NCBI GenBank assembly: GCA_027319905.1
Contig: DAHVMJ010000001.1
Location: forward strand, 11,518 to 75,517
Length of the DNA stretch: 64,000 nt
Origin: Candidatus Micrarchaeota archaeon
GTDB lineage: Archaea; Micrarchaeota; Micrarchaeia; Micrarchaeales; CABMGC01
Direction: 5' to 3'
The position numbers and the translations under genes are program-made. Each line of letters begins with the position of its first letter. Positions within the stretch are counted from its first letter, which is position 1. A model generated the notes under the pieces. That model searched no databases and was not told the origin of the DNA. It worked only from the letters and a program-made list of their open reading frames with translations. Of this stretch, positions 49,743 to 59,440 are shown one piece after another.

Positions 49743-50258
49743 CTATCTGCTTTTGTGCAAGCCGCCTATTCGGATTATCCTTCCGAGTTGATAGTATATA
49801 AATATTAGATTCGCGGCGATAAAGAGGACTACAAACCACTCCTGGTACGCGCCCAAGAACGATATCGCGCTGCTGACCTGCAGCGTGCCGAAGCCTACTG
49901 CATAAAGGACAGATGAGAAGATTGGCGCGTAGCAACTGCAACCAACCACCAGACCGCCGACCGAGGACGTGAATATGCTCAGTATGCCGCCCTCAGCCCC
50001 GGCATATTTGATCCGCAAAGATTTGCCTACGGCGTAAATACTAGTTGTCAGCAACACTGCCGCCGTCAGTATGAGCGCATAGACCATGTATAAGGGTACG
50101 GTGACAAGGAAGATGCCCTCGTTGCTGCTGGTTATCATATAGTGGAAGAGTTCGTAGTAGACAGCTATGGCCGCAATCCCCACAGCGATGTAGAAGGGAG
50201 AAGAGAATATGTCTAAAAAGACCGAGCTTTTGCTTTTTTTGCCCGTTGCGCGTTGCAT
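49743..50258 (-). CDS. Polytopic membrane protein with an intramembrane 'GCSCY' motif
   Basis: 171 aa, about 5 TM helices. Its ATG directly follows the stop of the DUF929-like gene. Confidence 0.55.
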   Translation of the reverse strand: MQRATGKKSKSSVFLDIFSSPFYIAVGIAAIAVYYELFHYMITSSNEGIFLVTVPLYMVYALILTAAVLLTTSIYAVGKSLRIKYAGAEGGILSIFTSSVGGLVVGCSCYAPIFSSVLYAVGFGTLQVSSAISFLGAYQEWFVVLFIAANLIFIYYQLGRIIRIGGLHKSR

Positions 50259-51314
50259 TTAGAGCCCCATCTTGGTCTCGATGGCTGCGATCGAAGGTAT
50301 GGCGCTGCATACGCTTGGGGTGTTGTTGAGCGTCTTGCAGATCATCGCAACGTATAGGTCTGCTGCGGCGTACTCAGACCAGGAGAACTGGTCGTTGAAC
50401 TGCGAGAGCTGGTTGAGGACATCCTGGTGGGTCATATGCTGCAACGGCGCTGTGCCCTCCTTGCTTGTGTTGTTGGCGAAGATCACCGCGTCTGCACCGC
50501 CGACCTCGTATGCACCCCATACCGTGAACGGCGTACCGGAGAAGGCCTGGGTGCTGATTATGTAGCGCATGGCATCAACATAGGCCGTATTGTTTGTCTG
50601 GTTGACCCTCTGCTGAATCGTTGAGAGGGTGTTGAGATTGAAACCGCCGGATATCGGGTTGGCATCCTCTATACTGATGAAGTTGATGAGGTTGCTCTGG
50701 TAGAAGTTGCCCAGCACGGTTGAGGATATGTTGTAGTGAGCGGGCGCCCAGTACAGTGTGGGCATGTCCCCATCGCCTATCGAGCTGTAACCTTCGAAGA
50801 GGTTGGAGAAGCTGCCGAACCTTGAGAGCGCAATTGCCATCGCCCATCTGTTCTCGCCGCAGAAGATGCAGGTTATGGAGCCAAGGTAGATCACCGTGAG
50901 CTTGCCGTTCACGATAAAGAGCGATAGCTTCTTTGTGCCTGCCCCCACGCTGTTGTTGAGTGTTCCATTGAGAAGCATCTCGCCTGCGCGCTCGAAGTAC
51001 GAGTTTGGCGCGTTGTTTATAATGCCGATGTTGCTTGCGTTGAATGGCGCGTTTATGTTTGTAAGCCTCTTACCAAAGGTCTGGTTCTGGGTTATGACTG
51101 GTGCGTCAGGAAAGCTGGTCGGCGGCACAAGCAGGCTGCTGGTTATGTTGTAACCCTGCGTAACCGTGCCATTAACGGTCACGTTTCTGTATACTATCTT
51201 GACCTGCGGGTTGAGTATGACATATGAGGACATCGCTATGGCTATCAGGCCCACAACTATGGCAGCTACAAGCAACCTGTTCGTTGCCCCCTCGGTCCAC
51301 TTCCTAGCTTTCAT
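50259..51314 (-). CDS. DUF929-like secreted thioredoxin-fold protein (N-terminal anchor, CxxC)
   Basis: 'MKARKW...LLVAAIVVGLIAIAM' anchor. 'LGSITCIFCGENRWAMAIALSRFGSF' resembles the DUF929 CxxC block as I recall it. Many sequons. Confidence 0.6.
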   Translation of the reverse strand: MKARKWTEGATNRLLVAAIVVGLIAIAMSSYVILNPQVKIVYRNVTVNGTVTQGYNITSSLLVPPTSFPDAPVITQNQTFGKRLTNINAPFNASNIGIINNAPNSYFERAGEMLLNGTLNNSVGAGTKKLSLFIVNGKLTVIYLGSITCIFCGENRWAMAIALSRFGSFSNLFEGYSSIGDGDMPTLYWAPAHYNISSTVLGNFYQSNLINFISIEDANPISGGFNLNTLSTIQQRVNQTNNTAYVDAMRYIISTQAFSGTPFTVWGAYEVGGADAVIFANNTSKEGTAPLQHMTHQDVLNQLSQFNDQFSWSEYAAADLYVAMICKTLNNTPSVCSAIPSIAAIETKMGL

Positions 51315-51394
51315 GTAATTCGCTAACGCTCGTTTTTATCTGTAAACTGTTTGGATGGGAAAGTATATTAAAAGGCGCAGATATAGTTTGGTGT

Positions 51395-51988
51395 TTGGGG
51401 AGAACCTTGATAGCGCAGAAGCAAACTCTGGCTAGGCAAGATCTAGAACTACCGCGCTCCGGATTCTATGGAGCGGAGAGACCATCAACGGTTAGCAGGT
51501 ACGAGGTCGCGTTCCTGACAGCCACGAGAGAACTGGGCATATGGGGGTTGAGAAACGTAAAGACAACGCTCAGCAACGGACGTTCGCTGATGTCAGACCT
51601 CACCGCAAACTGGAAGGCGGGAGACGACGACATAATAGAGTTCAACACCAGGGCAAGCGACTTCGTCCACAGGAAGTTCGTGGAGAAGATGAGGGAGATG
51701 ATGCAGATACCAGGCATCTACCACATCTGGATAGGGGATGTGGAGGAGAATGAGCTGAACTTCAAACTCAGGGCGAAGGGGCTCCTGAAGAAAGAAGAGA
51801 GCACTGTGGGTGCGCTCACGGACGAATACTATCACGTGCCGATTAACGTTGACGACAGGGAACTCGTGGAGCTGATGAAGAGGGTGGTCACGACGTTCAT
51901 AACCAAGCACGTGAAAGGCGGGGGCCTGAAATACATAAAAGAAGACAAGTTCCTATATGTCACAGGGATGATTGACGAAAAGCCCTGA
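51395..51988 (+). CDS. Hypothetical protein (start uncertain)
   Basis: ORF with TATA 'agtatattaaaag' about 30 nt upstream of TTG 51395. An internal Met (MSDLTANW) is also possible. Confidence 0.45.
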   Translation: MGRTLIAQKQTLARQDLELPRSGFYGAERPSTVSRYEVAFLTATRELGIWGLRNVKTTLSNGRSLMSDLTANWKAGDDDIIEFNTRASDFVHRKFVEKMREMMQIPGIYHIWIGDVEENELNFKLRAKGLLKKEESTVGALTDEYYHVPINVDDRELVELMKRVVTTFITKHVKGGGLKYIKEDKFLYVTGMIDEKP

Positions 51989-52009
51989 GGGATATGGACG
52001 CCCCAGCAG

Positions 52010-52768
52010 ATGCAAGCGCTGACTCTAGAGAGACAGAAGGCTGAGACCCACATCGAGTTTTCTGATGCACACTGCCACCTGAATCTGTTTGACGACCCGC
52101 TAGAAACAGCGGTGCGGGCGAGAAACAAAGGGGTTGGAACAATAATCAGCGCGGGCGGAAGCGCGAAGGACAACTTCGAGAACGCGAGACTGGCAGAGAA
52201 GGCGGGGGTATTCGCAGTGGTGGGCATAGGACCTGATTTCTCTGCAAAAGATTCTGCCTCGGTGCTCGAGATAGAAGGCCTGATCAGGAGCAGCAGGCAC
52301 ATAGTGGGCATAGGCGAGATAGGACTCGATGCGAAGGTGGCGGATACCAATAACTTAGGCGTGCAGAAGGAGATATTTGACAGGCAGCTGCAGATCGCCA
52401 GAGACCTTGACATGCCGGTGGTGCTGCACTGCAGGGGCATGCTGAACGAGGCAGCTGAGATGCTGGCAAACGCGCAAATAAGAAGGGCCGTTTTCCACTT
52501 CTTTGAAGGAGACGAGAAGCAGGCGGTTGAGCTCTCGAAAAAGGGCTATTTCATCTCGATACCGCCTGCGATGACGGGAAAAAGGAAAAGGATTATAAAG
52601 GAGGTCAGCCTAAGTAGCATTGTCGTTGAAACCGATTCGCCAATTGTTGGTGAAACGCCCGCTGATGTAATCGGGGTTTGCGAAACAATCGCAAAGCTGA
52701 AGGGCGTTTCCTTGGAAGAAGTCGCGACGAAAACAACAGAAAACATAAGAAGACTGTTTTACATATGA
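52010..52768 (+). CDS. tatD: TatD-family metal-dependent hydrolase/DNase
   Basis: 'FSDAHCHLNLF', 'GIGEIGLD', 'PVVLHCR' and 'ETDSP'. Confidence 0.85.
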   Translation: MQALTLERQKAETHIEFSDAHCHLNLFDDPLETAVRARNKGVGTIISAGGSAKDNFENARLAEKAGVFAVVGIGPDFSAKDSASVLEIEGLIRSSRHIVGIGEIGLDAKVADTNNLGVQKEIFDRQLQIARDLDMPVVLHCRGMLNEAAEMLANAQIRRAVFHFFEGDEKQAVELSKKGYFISIPPAMTGKRKRIIKEVSLSSIVVETDSPIVGETPADVIGVCETIAKLKGVSLEEVATKTTENIRRLFYI

Positions 52769-52775
52769 CTATCCT

Positions 52776-52865
52776 GGGCTCGTAGCTCAGCTTGGATAGA
52801 GCAACAGCCTTCTATGCATGTGCAAAGCAAGCTGAAGGTCGCGGGTTCAAATCCCGCCGGGCCCG
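52776..52865 (+). tRNA. tRNA-Arg(UCU) with a ~15-nt canonical-position intron
   Basis: GGGCTCG-TA-GCTC-AGCTTGGATA-GAGC-A-ACAGC-CTTCTA[tgcatgtgcaaagca]A-GCTGA-AGGTC-GCGGG-TTCAAAT-CCCGC-CGGGCCC-G. There is a 27:43 A/A mismatch. Confidence 0.8.
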
Positions 52866-52875
52866 TGGTGTTTAG

Positions 52876-53145
52876 ATGAAGGAAGACAAGAAGCACGAGG
52901 AAACAATCGCACAGGTAAAGCAACAGATTGACATACTGCTGAACGATAACAGCGTGCCGAGAAACGTGAAGGCGGCGCTAGACGAGGCGAAGAAAGCCTT
53001 GTCGCAGGGCGAGGGCAACTATTCTGTAAGATCCTCAACGGCAACGTACAAGATAGACGAGGTAAGCAACGACATCAACCTGCCGCCGTACGCGCGCACG
53101 GTAATATGGAACATACTTAGCCTGCTTGAATCCGTAAAGGACTAG
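52876..53145 (+). CDS. UPF0147-family protein
   Basis: 'LLNDNSVPRNVKAAL', 'IDEVSNDINLPPYARTVIWNILSLLE' match the archaeal UPF0147 pattern (NDTSVPRN...DPNMP.H.R..IW). Confidence 0.7.
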   Translation: MKEDKKHEETIAQVKQQIDILLNDNSVPRNVKAALDEAKKALSQGEGNYSVRSSTATYKIDEVSNDINLPPYARTVIWNILSLLESVKD

Positions 53146-53155
53146 TTGTGGTGGC

Positions 53156-53434
53156 ATGGGAGTTGTTTCTGAGAAAACTGACGACTCTGAACCTGTTTCT
53201 CGCCCTATGGGTGGATTGAAACGGGGGATGCAATCTGTGTTTGAAGGGCTGAAAAGGGAGGTTGAAGAAAAAGTTGTTTACAACGGCAGGGTCAGAGGAC
53301 CTGTACTGATGGTGGCGGGGTTTGGATTGGCAGCATTCGGAATGCTAAGTCCTAATTTTGTGGTACAGAACGTATCCATACCTGCAGGAGCCATAGCGGT
53401 TATTGACGGTACCATGGACTTCGCTTTGGGCTGA
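53156..53434 (+). CDS. Hypothetical small membrane protein
   Basis: 92-aa ORF with two hydrophobic segments near the C-terminus. Confidence 0.4.
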   Translation: MGVVSEKTDDSEPVSRPMGGLKRGMQSVFEGLKREVEEKVVYNGRVRGPVLMVAGFGLAAFGMLSPNFVVQNVSIPAGAIAVIDGTMDFALG

Positions 53435-53439
53435 ACGAA

Positions 53440-54333
53440 CTAAGGAGGCGTATAGCCGCTCACCCACTGGTTTGTATAGCTGACACCGCTAGGCACGCCG
53501 TTATTATTGTTCCCACTGTAGTCGTTCGCGTTGCCGTTGAGAGGCCACCAGCCCACGAGGTTATCTAGCTTTATCGGCGCACCGCCGATGCCCTCGACAT
53601 AGAGCGCATTAACTTCCGAGCTTGTAAGCGAAGTGTTGTAAACCTGAATGTTAGCGATGAACCCAGTTAGGTAGGGATTTCCTCCTCCTGTGGCGATATC
53701 AAAAGACGTTTGAGAGGTCGTGCTTATCGTGTTTGCGACGCTTGCACTGTATACTCTCCCAGATAAACCAACGTATTCTATTTTGTTGGAGCCATCGTAT
53801 ACGTCTGCAAAGAAAGTCCAGGTATTAGGACCAGTTTGTGTTGCTGATACATCGGTACATCCCCAAGTGTCGAGAACCACACTGTATGTGGGGTTTGAGC
53901 AGCCATTACCGATCCAACCTGCAAATGCGCAGGTAGTACATGTAGTTCCATAGAAAAACAGCATCTCTCCAGAAGACGGTAAACTTGAAGAGGTTGAAAG
54001 GAACCATCCAGTTACTGTTCTTGGATTAGCACCAGAAGGAAATGCTCCTGTGCTACTCACCACTACGTCTGCACCCCCATTGAACTGAGCCACGTACTGC
54101 GGCAGCTCCCCACTGCACACGCCCTCGAGGTTAACGTATGTCGCCGTATTCGGTCCGTTAGGCCTCAGTACCTGGCAAGCTCCTGGCGGAGCATGTGGTG
54201 CAAACGTACCTGCATTGAACACTCCTAATTGAAAGAGCGCGCCTAGGACAACAGCTATTATGAGTATAGCCCAGCCGTAGGTCATGAGGTACTCCATCGC
54301 CGACTGGAGCCTTTTTGAGCCGCGTGCGCGCAT
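53440..54333 (-). CDS. Class-III-signal (pilin-like) protein with a LamG/ConA-like lectin domain, paralogue A
   Basis: 'MRARGSKRLQSAMEYLMTYGWAILIIAVVLGALF' prepilin-type N-terminus. 'IQVYNTSLTSSEVNALY' and 'WWPLNGNANDYSGNNNNG' are Laminin_G_3-type motifs. Confidence 0.75.
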   Translation of the reverse strand: MRARGSKRLQSAMEYLMTYGWAILIIAVVLGALFQLGVFNAGTFAPHAPPGACQVLRPNGPNTATYVNLEGVCSGELPQYVAQFNGGADVVVSSTGAFPSGANPRTVTGWFLSTSSSLPSSGEMLFFYGTTCTTCAFAGWIGNGCSNPTYSVVLDTWGCTDVSATQTGPNTWTFFADVYDGSNKIEYVGLSGRVYSASVANTISTTSQTSFDIATGGGNPYLTGFIANIQVYNTSLTSSEVNALYVEGIGGAPIKLDNLVGWWPLNGNANDYSGNNNNGVPSGVSYTNQWVSGYTPP

Positions 54334-54458
54334 GCACTCCTATCTATTGCGCGCCTAGTTTTAATAACTTCTTTTATCTGCTGACAAGCGCTAGCGCGTG
54401 AACATTTAAATAAGATTGATTCCAAGAAAGCTAAGCTACTTGTTTTGGGGTTTTCTGC

Positions 54459-55970
54459 TTGGGAAAGGGTACGCTGTTAGAGCTTGTGTCTAGGCTAAGC
54501 GGCAAGGTGATCATAAGCTCTGATATTACCGACGCTGACATCTCGAACAGTGATGTGGAGCCTCTTGTTGCCAGGATTGTAGAGCGTTATCAAGGTACAA
54601 GCAATAGGGTGCTTGATAGGAAGGCGCTTCAAGACGTACTTGCTGGAATGGCGGAAAGAAAAGAGCCGGTACAGATAGAGGTCATCAGGTCCGCTGACTT
54701 CAAGCCCGCGGCGAAGGATATTGAGCCGGAGTTCAAGGCAAGGGATGTGAGGATAGAACGCACATCCTCGAATGTTAGTGACTTCGTTGACTACTTCCAG
54801 GACAGGTTCTCCAGGGTAAAGGAGATTATAAGATCGTACGGCAACGGCTTCGGGGGCATACTCGGCAGCATAGAGAGCGCGAAGCAATACATGAGCGGCA
54901 GGGACATCGCAGTAGTCGGCATGATCTATGACAAGGTAGTTACCGCGAAGGGCAACGTGATGATAACTCTTGAGGACGAGACGGGAACGGTAAAGATACT
55001 GTTCATGAAGCCGAATAGGAAGCTCAGAGACGAGCAGAACGAACTGTTCGACTCCGCGTCAAAGCTGGTGAAGGACGATGTTATAGCGGTCAAGGGCAAG
55101 ACCTGGAACTCGTTCATAATAGCGAACAGGATGCTGTGGCCAGACGTGCCGGTGCACCAGCTGAACAGGAGCGAGGAAGACGTTGGCATCGTGCTGCTTT
55201 CTGACGTACACGTGGGCCACAAGCTCTTCATGGAGAAGTCGTTCGCCAAGTTTCTCGAGTGGATAAACGGGAGCGTCGACTACAGGAAGGACCTGGCGGC
55301 GAAGATAAAGTACCTTGTTGTCGCAGGTGATCTCGTGGATGGCATAGGCATTTACCCGGAGCAGGACAAGGAACTGATGATAGATGACATCTACAAGCAG
55401 TATTCCGTGTTCTTCGACTTCATGGAGAGTGTGCCGGACTACATAGAGACGTTCATAATACCGGGCAACCACGACGCGGTCCAAAGAGCTGAACCGCAGC
55501 CGCAGATAGGAAACGGTTTCCTCAAAGACTTCAAGCGGGAAAACGTGCACATGATGACCAATCCCTGCTACCTGAACCTGCACGGGGTCAAGATACTCGC
55601 ATACCACGGCACCTCTCTCGATTCTGTCATAAGGGGCATACCGGGATGCAGCTACAGCTCACCCACCGACGCCATGCGTGAGATACTCAAACGCAGGCAC
55701 CTTTCTCCCATATACGGAGGCAACATAGTGGTGCCGAGCAAGAACGATGCGCTCGTGATAAACGAGGTGCCAGACATACTCCACATGGGCCACATACACA
55801 AGAACGGCTACGATGGCTATCACGGCACGCTGCTGATAAACAGCGGCACCTGGCAGGCGAGGACGGGATACCAAATAAAGCAGGGCCATGTGCCGTCGCC
55901 CGGGCTCCTGCCAGTATACGAGGCCAACAGCGGCCGCATAAACGTCATGGACTTCAACGAACTGCAGTGA
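54459..55970 (+). CDS. dp1: DNA polymerase II (PolD) small subunit DP1
   Basis: OB-fold region plus calcineurin-like phosphoesterase motifs: 'VLLSDVHVG', 'VVAGDLVDG', 'IPGNHD' and 'HMGHIH'. Confidence 0.9.
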   Translation: MGKGTLLELVSRLSGKVIISSDITDADISNSDVEPLVARIVERYQGTSNRVLDRKALQDVLAGMAERKEPVQIEVIRSADFKPAAKDIEPEFKARDVRIERTSSNVSDFVDYFQDRFSRVKEIIRSYGNGFGGILGSIESAKQYMSGRDIAVVGMIYDKVVTAKGNVMITLEDETGTVKILFMKPNRKLRDEQNELFDSASKLVKDDVIAVKGKTWNSFIIANRMLWPDVPVHQLNRSEEDVGIVLLSDVHVGHKLFMEKSFAKFLEWINGSVDYRKDLAAKIKYLVVAGDLVDGIGIYPEQDKELMIDDIYKQYSVFFDFMESVPDYIETFIIPGNHDAVQRAEPQPQIGNGFLKDFKRENVHMMTNPCYLNLHGVKILAYHGTSLDSVIRGIPGCSYSSPTDAMREILKRRHLSPIYGGNIVVPSKNDALVINEVPDILHMGHIHKNGYDGYHGTLLINSGTWQARTGYQIKQGHVPSPGLLPVYEANSGRINVMDFNELQ

Positions 55971-58900
55971 TATTTGTGAACAACGAAGAGTATTTCGCGG
56001 AACTGGAAAAGAGGTTCACTTCTGCTTTCGACGTGGCGAGCAGGGCGCGGGCTGTAGGATTGGACCCCAAGCCCTATGTGGAGATAAAGGTTGCACCTGA
56101 TATCGCCGGAAAGGTTGAAGGGCTGATAGGCGTGCAGGGCATCGCCGATCTCATAAGAGAGAACCAAAAGGGCAGGACAAGAAGCGAGCTTGTCTTCGCA
56201 ACAATAAAGGAGATATGTACAAACGAACAGTTTGCATCCTACGAGACGATAAAACGCATCGAGCTTGCTGTCAAGGTCGCCCTGGCAATTATGACCGACG
56301 GAGTGCTTGTAGCACCGACAGAAGGGCTGCAGTACGTATCACACTACAAGAATCAGGACAACTCCGATTACATAGCGGTATTCTACGCTGGCCCGATAAG
56401 AAGCGCGGGGGGCACGTCGGTGGCAATGTCTGTGGCTTTTGCAGATTATGCTAGAAAGTTTTTCAACATAGGAGACTACAAAGCCACGAAGGACGAGATC
56501 GAGAGATACGTAGAGGAGGTCGAGATCTACCACGAACGCGTGGTGCCGCTGCAGTACAAACCGCACCCTGAGGAGATACGCACCATTGTAAGCAACTGCC
56601 CAGTGTGCGTAGAGGGCGTGCCCACTGAGGATATGGAGATAAGCGTACACGCCAACCTGTCGAGGATAGGATTCGGAGGTAAGAGCGTGCCGATAAGCAA
56701 CCGCATACGCGGGGGAGTGCCTCTCGTGATCAGCAGCATAGCCCAGAAGGCAAAGAGCGTCTCCAGGGAGGTGAAGAAAGCGGGCCTTGATTGGAGCTGG
56801 CTTGACGGCATAATCAAGATAGACAAAGCAAAGAAGCCGGAAGACGGGCAGAAGAACGAAACCGCCGTCTTTCTTGAGAAACTGGTAGCTGGCAGGCCTG
56901 TGCTTGCATACCCGAAACACTTCGGCGGCTTTAGACTGAGATACGGAAGAAGCAGGATGACGGGCATAGCAGCAAAGGGCTTCAGCCCAGCGACCATGAT
57001 AGTGCTTGATGACTTCATAGCTGTGGGGACGCAGCTTATGATAGAACTGCCTGGAAAGGGGTGCGTGGCCGCGCCCGTGGATTCGATAGAGGGACCGTTC
57101 GTGAAGCTGCGCTCAGGCGAGACGCTGCGCATCGACGACGCTGAAACGGCGTCAAAACTCAAGAACGAGATAGTGAAAATAGTCTCGCTCGGTGACATAC
57201 TTGTGACCTACGGTGATTTCAAGAAGACGAACACGCCGCTGCAGCCAAGCAGCTATGTGGAAGAGCTGTGGGGCGCAGAACTCGAAGCAGCGGGAGGCAG
57301 AGTGACAAAGGAGGCACACAAGAGCATGAGTTTCGAAGACGCGTTCGCAACCTCGCTAAAGTACAACGTTCCGTTGCACCCTAGGTTCCTTTTTGAGTTC
57401 CAAGCTGTGAGCGAGGAACAGCTCAGGCTGCTGGTGCAGGTGATAGCGAAGAGTGCAGATCCGAAGAAGAACCTTTTCCAGACCGATGGGCTGTTGTTGA
57501 ACGACGCTGCAGGCAACGAACAACTTAACGATGCGTTAGAGCTGCTGATGGTGCCCACAAAACCTGATGGCGATAATATAAAGATAGCCAAGGATTATGC
57601 ACAAAGCCTGCTTGTTTCGTTCGGCTTCGTTCAGGACAAGGAGGGCAACATAAACATCGAGATAGCGGACAGGTACGAGAAGATGGAAGGTGCGCTCGCG
57701 CTGGTAAACGAACTGTCGATCATCAAGCTGATGAAGAGGAGCACATTCATAGGCGCGAGGATAGGCAGGCCTGAGAAGGCTGGGGAGAGGCTGATGGTTC
57801 CGGCGCCGAACGTCCTGTTTCCTGTGGGGTATGAAGGGGGAAAGGAGAGGAATATTGCAGCGGCATCTACAGCGGAATCGAAAAAGTTCGGTGTGCAGGG
57901 AGTGAGGATAGAGCTGGCGAGATATGTCTGCAAGAACTGCGGAAGCAGGCTTGATTCGCCGTGGTGCTACAATTGCAACATGCACGCTATCGTAGAGCAC
58001 GTGTGCACGAAGTGCGGCACAAAGCAGGAAGGCGAGATTTGCGTGAGATGCGGGAGCGAGACACAGGCGTACGAGCAGCGGGATGTCAATTTCTCTGGGC
58101 TTGTCACCAACGCTGTTACGCGGCTTGGATCGCCGAGACTGCCCAAAGTGGTGAAGGGCGTGAAGGGGCTCATGAACAAGAGCAAGATTGCAGAACCGGT
58201 CGAGAAGGGAATACTGCGTTCAATGTTCAACGTCTTCATATTCAAGGACGGCACCGCACGCTTCGACGCTACTGACATGCCGATAACACACTTCTATCCC
58301 AGGGAGGTTGGAACCTCGGTAGAGAGGCTCAGGGAGATGGGGTATGACAAGGACCATGAGGGCAAACCGCTTGAGAAAGACAACCAACTGCTGGAGCTGA
58401 AGCACCAGGACGTGATAGTGAACAAGAAAGGCGCAGAGTATCTCTTCAGCATATCCAGATTCACCGATGATATGCTGCAGAGGCTCTATGGTCTGCCCGC
58501 CTACTACAACGCAAACAGCTCTCAGGATCTGGTAGGCCAGCTTGTGCTGACGCTCTCGCCGCACACCTCGTGTGCGGTGCTAAATAGGATAGTTGGCTTC
58601 ACCGATGCCAACGTCGGGTTCGCTCATCCGTACACCATCTGTGCCAGAAGAAGAAACGCCGATGGAGACGAGGACACGACGATGTTGCTGCTTGATGCAC
58701 TTATCAACTTCTCCAGAGAGTACCTGCCGGTGAGCATAGGCGGCACGATGGACGAGCCGCTGCTCCTAACAACCAGAGTGAAACCAGAGGAGGTGGATGA
58801 TGAGGTGCACGCGATGGAGGTAACGGGAGATTACGGCCTGGAGTTCTACAGCAAAACTTTTGCGGGCACGCCTCCGTCGGAGGCGAAGGTAGAGCTTGTG

Positions 58901-59428
58901 GAGAACAGGTTGGGAACGAGCGACGCCTATAAGAACCTGAGATTCACGCATGATTCTTCGGTAAACGCGATAAAGAACTCGCCAAAGAAGAGCATCTACA
59001 CAGTGCTCAAGACCATGGATGAGAAGATAGAGAGCGAGTTCAGGATAATGGACATGCTCGAATCGATCGACAAGCGCGACGCTGCCAGGAGGCTGATAAA
59101 CGGCCACTTCATACGTGACCTCATCGGCAACCTGCATTCTTTCTCGAGGCAGCAGTTCAGGTGCGCGAGTTGCAATGCAAAGTACAGGAGGGTGCCGCTT
59201 AGCGGCAAGTGCACGCGCTGCGGAGGCAAGCTTCTGTTGACGATATCAAAGGGAAGCATAGAGAAGTATCTCAACACTTCGATCAGGCTCGCCGATAGGT
59301 ACAACCTTGATATCTACACGAAGCAGAGGCTCCAGCTGATAAAAGACGAGATAGACAATCTCTTCGGCAGCCTTGAGCTCAACGTGGAGGAGAACCGTGG
59401 GCAGTTCAACCTGGTCAACTTCATGTGA
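55967..59428 (+). CDS. dp2: DNA polymerase II (PolD) large catalytic subunit DP2
   Basis: 1153 aa. The GTG start overlaps the DP1 stop (GTGA). Multiple Cys4 zinc clusters (CKNCGSRLDSPWCYNC, CTKCGTKQEGEICVRCG, CASCNAKYRRVPLSGKCTRCGG). No intein-like insertion is evident. Confidence 0.95.
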   Translation: MIFVNNEEYFAELEKRFTSAFDVASRARAVGLDPKPYVEIKVAPDIAGKVEGLIGVQGIADLIRENQKGRTRSELVFATIKEICTNEQFASYETIKRIELAVKVALAIMTDGVLVAPTEGLQYVSHYKNQDNSDYIAVFYAGPIRSAGGTSVAMSVAFADYARKFFNIGDYKATKDEIERYVEEVEIYHERVVPLQYKPHPEEIRTIVSNCPVCVEGVPTEDMEISVHANLSRIGFGGKSVPISNRIRGGVPLVISSIAQKAKSVSREVKKAGLDWSWLDGIIKIDKAKKPEDGQKNETAVFLEKLVAGRPVLAYPKHFGGFRLRYGRSRMTGIAAKGFSPATMIVLDDFIAVGTQLMIELPGKGCVAAPVDSIEGPFVKLRSGETLRIDDAETASKLKNEIVKIVSLGDILVTYGDFKKTNTPLQPSSYVEELWGAELEAAGGRVTKEAHKSMSFEDAFATSLKYNVPLHPRFLFEFQAVSEEQLRLLVQVIAKSADPKKNLFQTDGLLLNDAAGNEQLNDALELLMVPTKPDGDNIKIAKDYAQSLLVSFGFVQDKEGNINIEIADRYEKMEGALALVNELSIIKLMKRSTFIGARIGRPEKAGERLMVPAPNVLFPVGYEGGKERNIAAASTAESKKFGVQGVRIELARYVCKNCGSRLDSPWCYNCNMHAIVEHVCTKCGTKQEGEICVRCGSETQAYEQRDVNFSGLVTNAVTRLGSPRLPKVVKGVKGLMNKSKIAEPVEKGILRSMFNVFIFKDGTARFDATDMPITHFYPREVGTSVERLREMGYDKDHEGKPLEKDNQLLELKHQDVIVNKKGAEYLFSISRFTDDMLQRLYGLPAYYNANSSQDLVGQLVLTLSPHTSCAVLNRIVGFTDANVGFAHPYTICARRRNADGDEDTTMLLLDALINFSREYLPVSIGGTMDEPLLLTTRVKPEEVDDEVHAMEVTGDYGLEFYSKTFAGTPPSEAKVELVENRLGTSDAYKNLRFTHDSSVNAIKNSPKKSIYTVLKTMDEKIESEFRIMDMLESIDKRDAARRLINGHFIRDLIGNLHSFSRQQFRCASCNAKYRRVPLSGKCTRCGGKLLLTISKGSIEKYLNTSIRLADRYNLDIYTKQRLQLIKDEIDNLFGSLELNVEENRGQFNLVNFM

Positions 59429-59440
59429 ACCTATTATGCG

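Noticed and set aside
48712-49941. Full 409-aa version of the V4R ORF
   Set aside because: The first 73 codons overlap the 3' end of the upstream same-strand membrane gene (49743-50258) and read as low-complexity sequence. Met74 (49722) gives a 20-nt spacer instead.
52847-53044. 65-aa minus-strand ORF
   Set aside because: It overlaps the tRNA-Arg 3' end and is antisense to the UPF0147 gene.
55967-59428. Intein or mobile insertion in PolD DP2
   Set aside because: The length (1153 aa) and the uninterrupted flow of conserved blocks give no sign of an intein (no C/S...HN junction blocks noticed).
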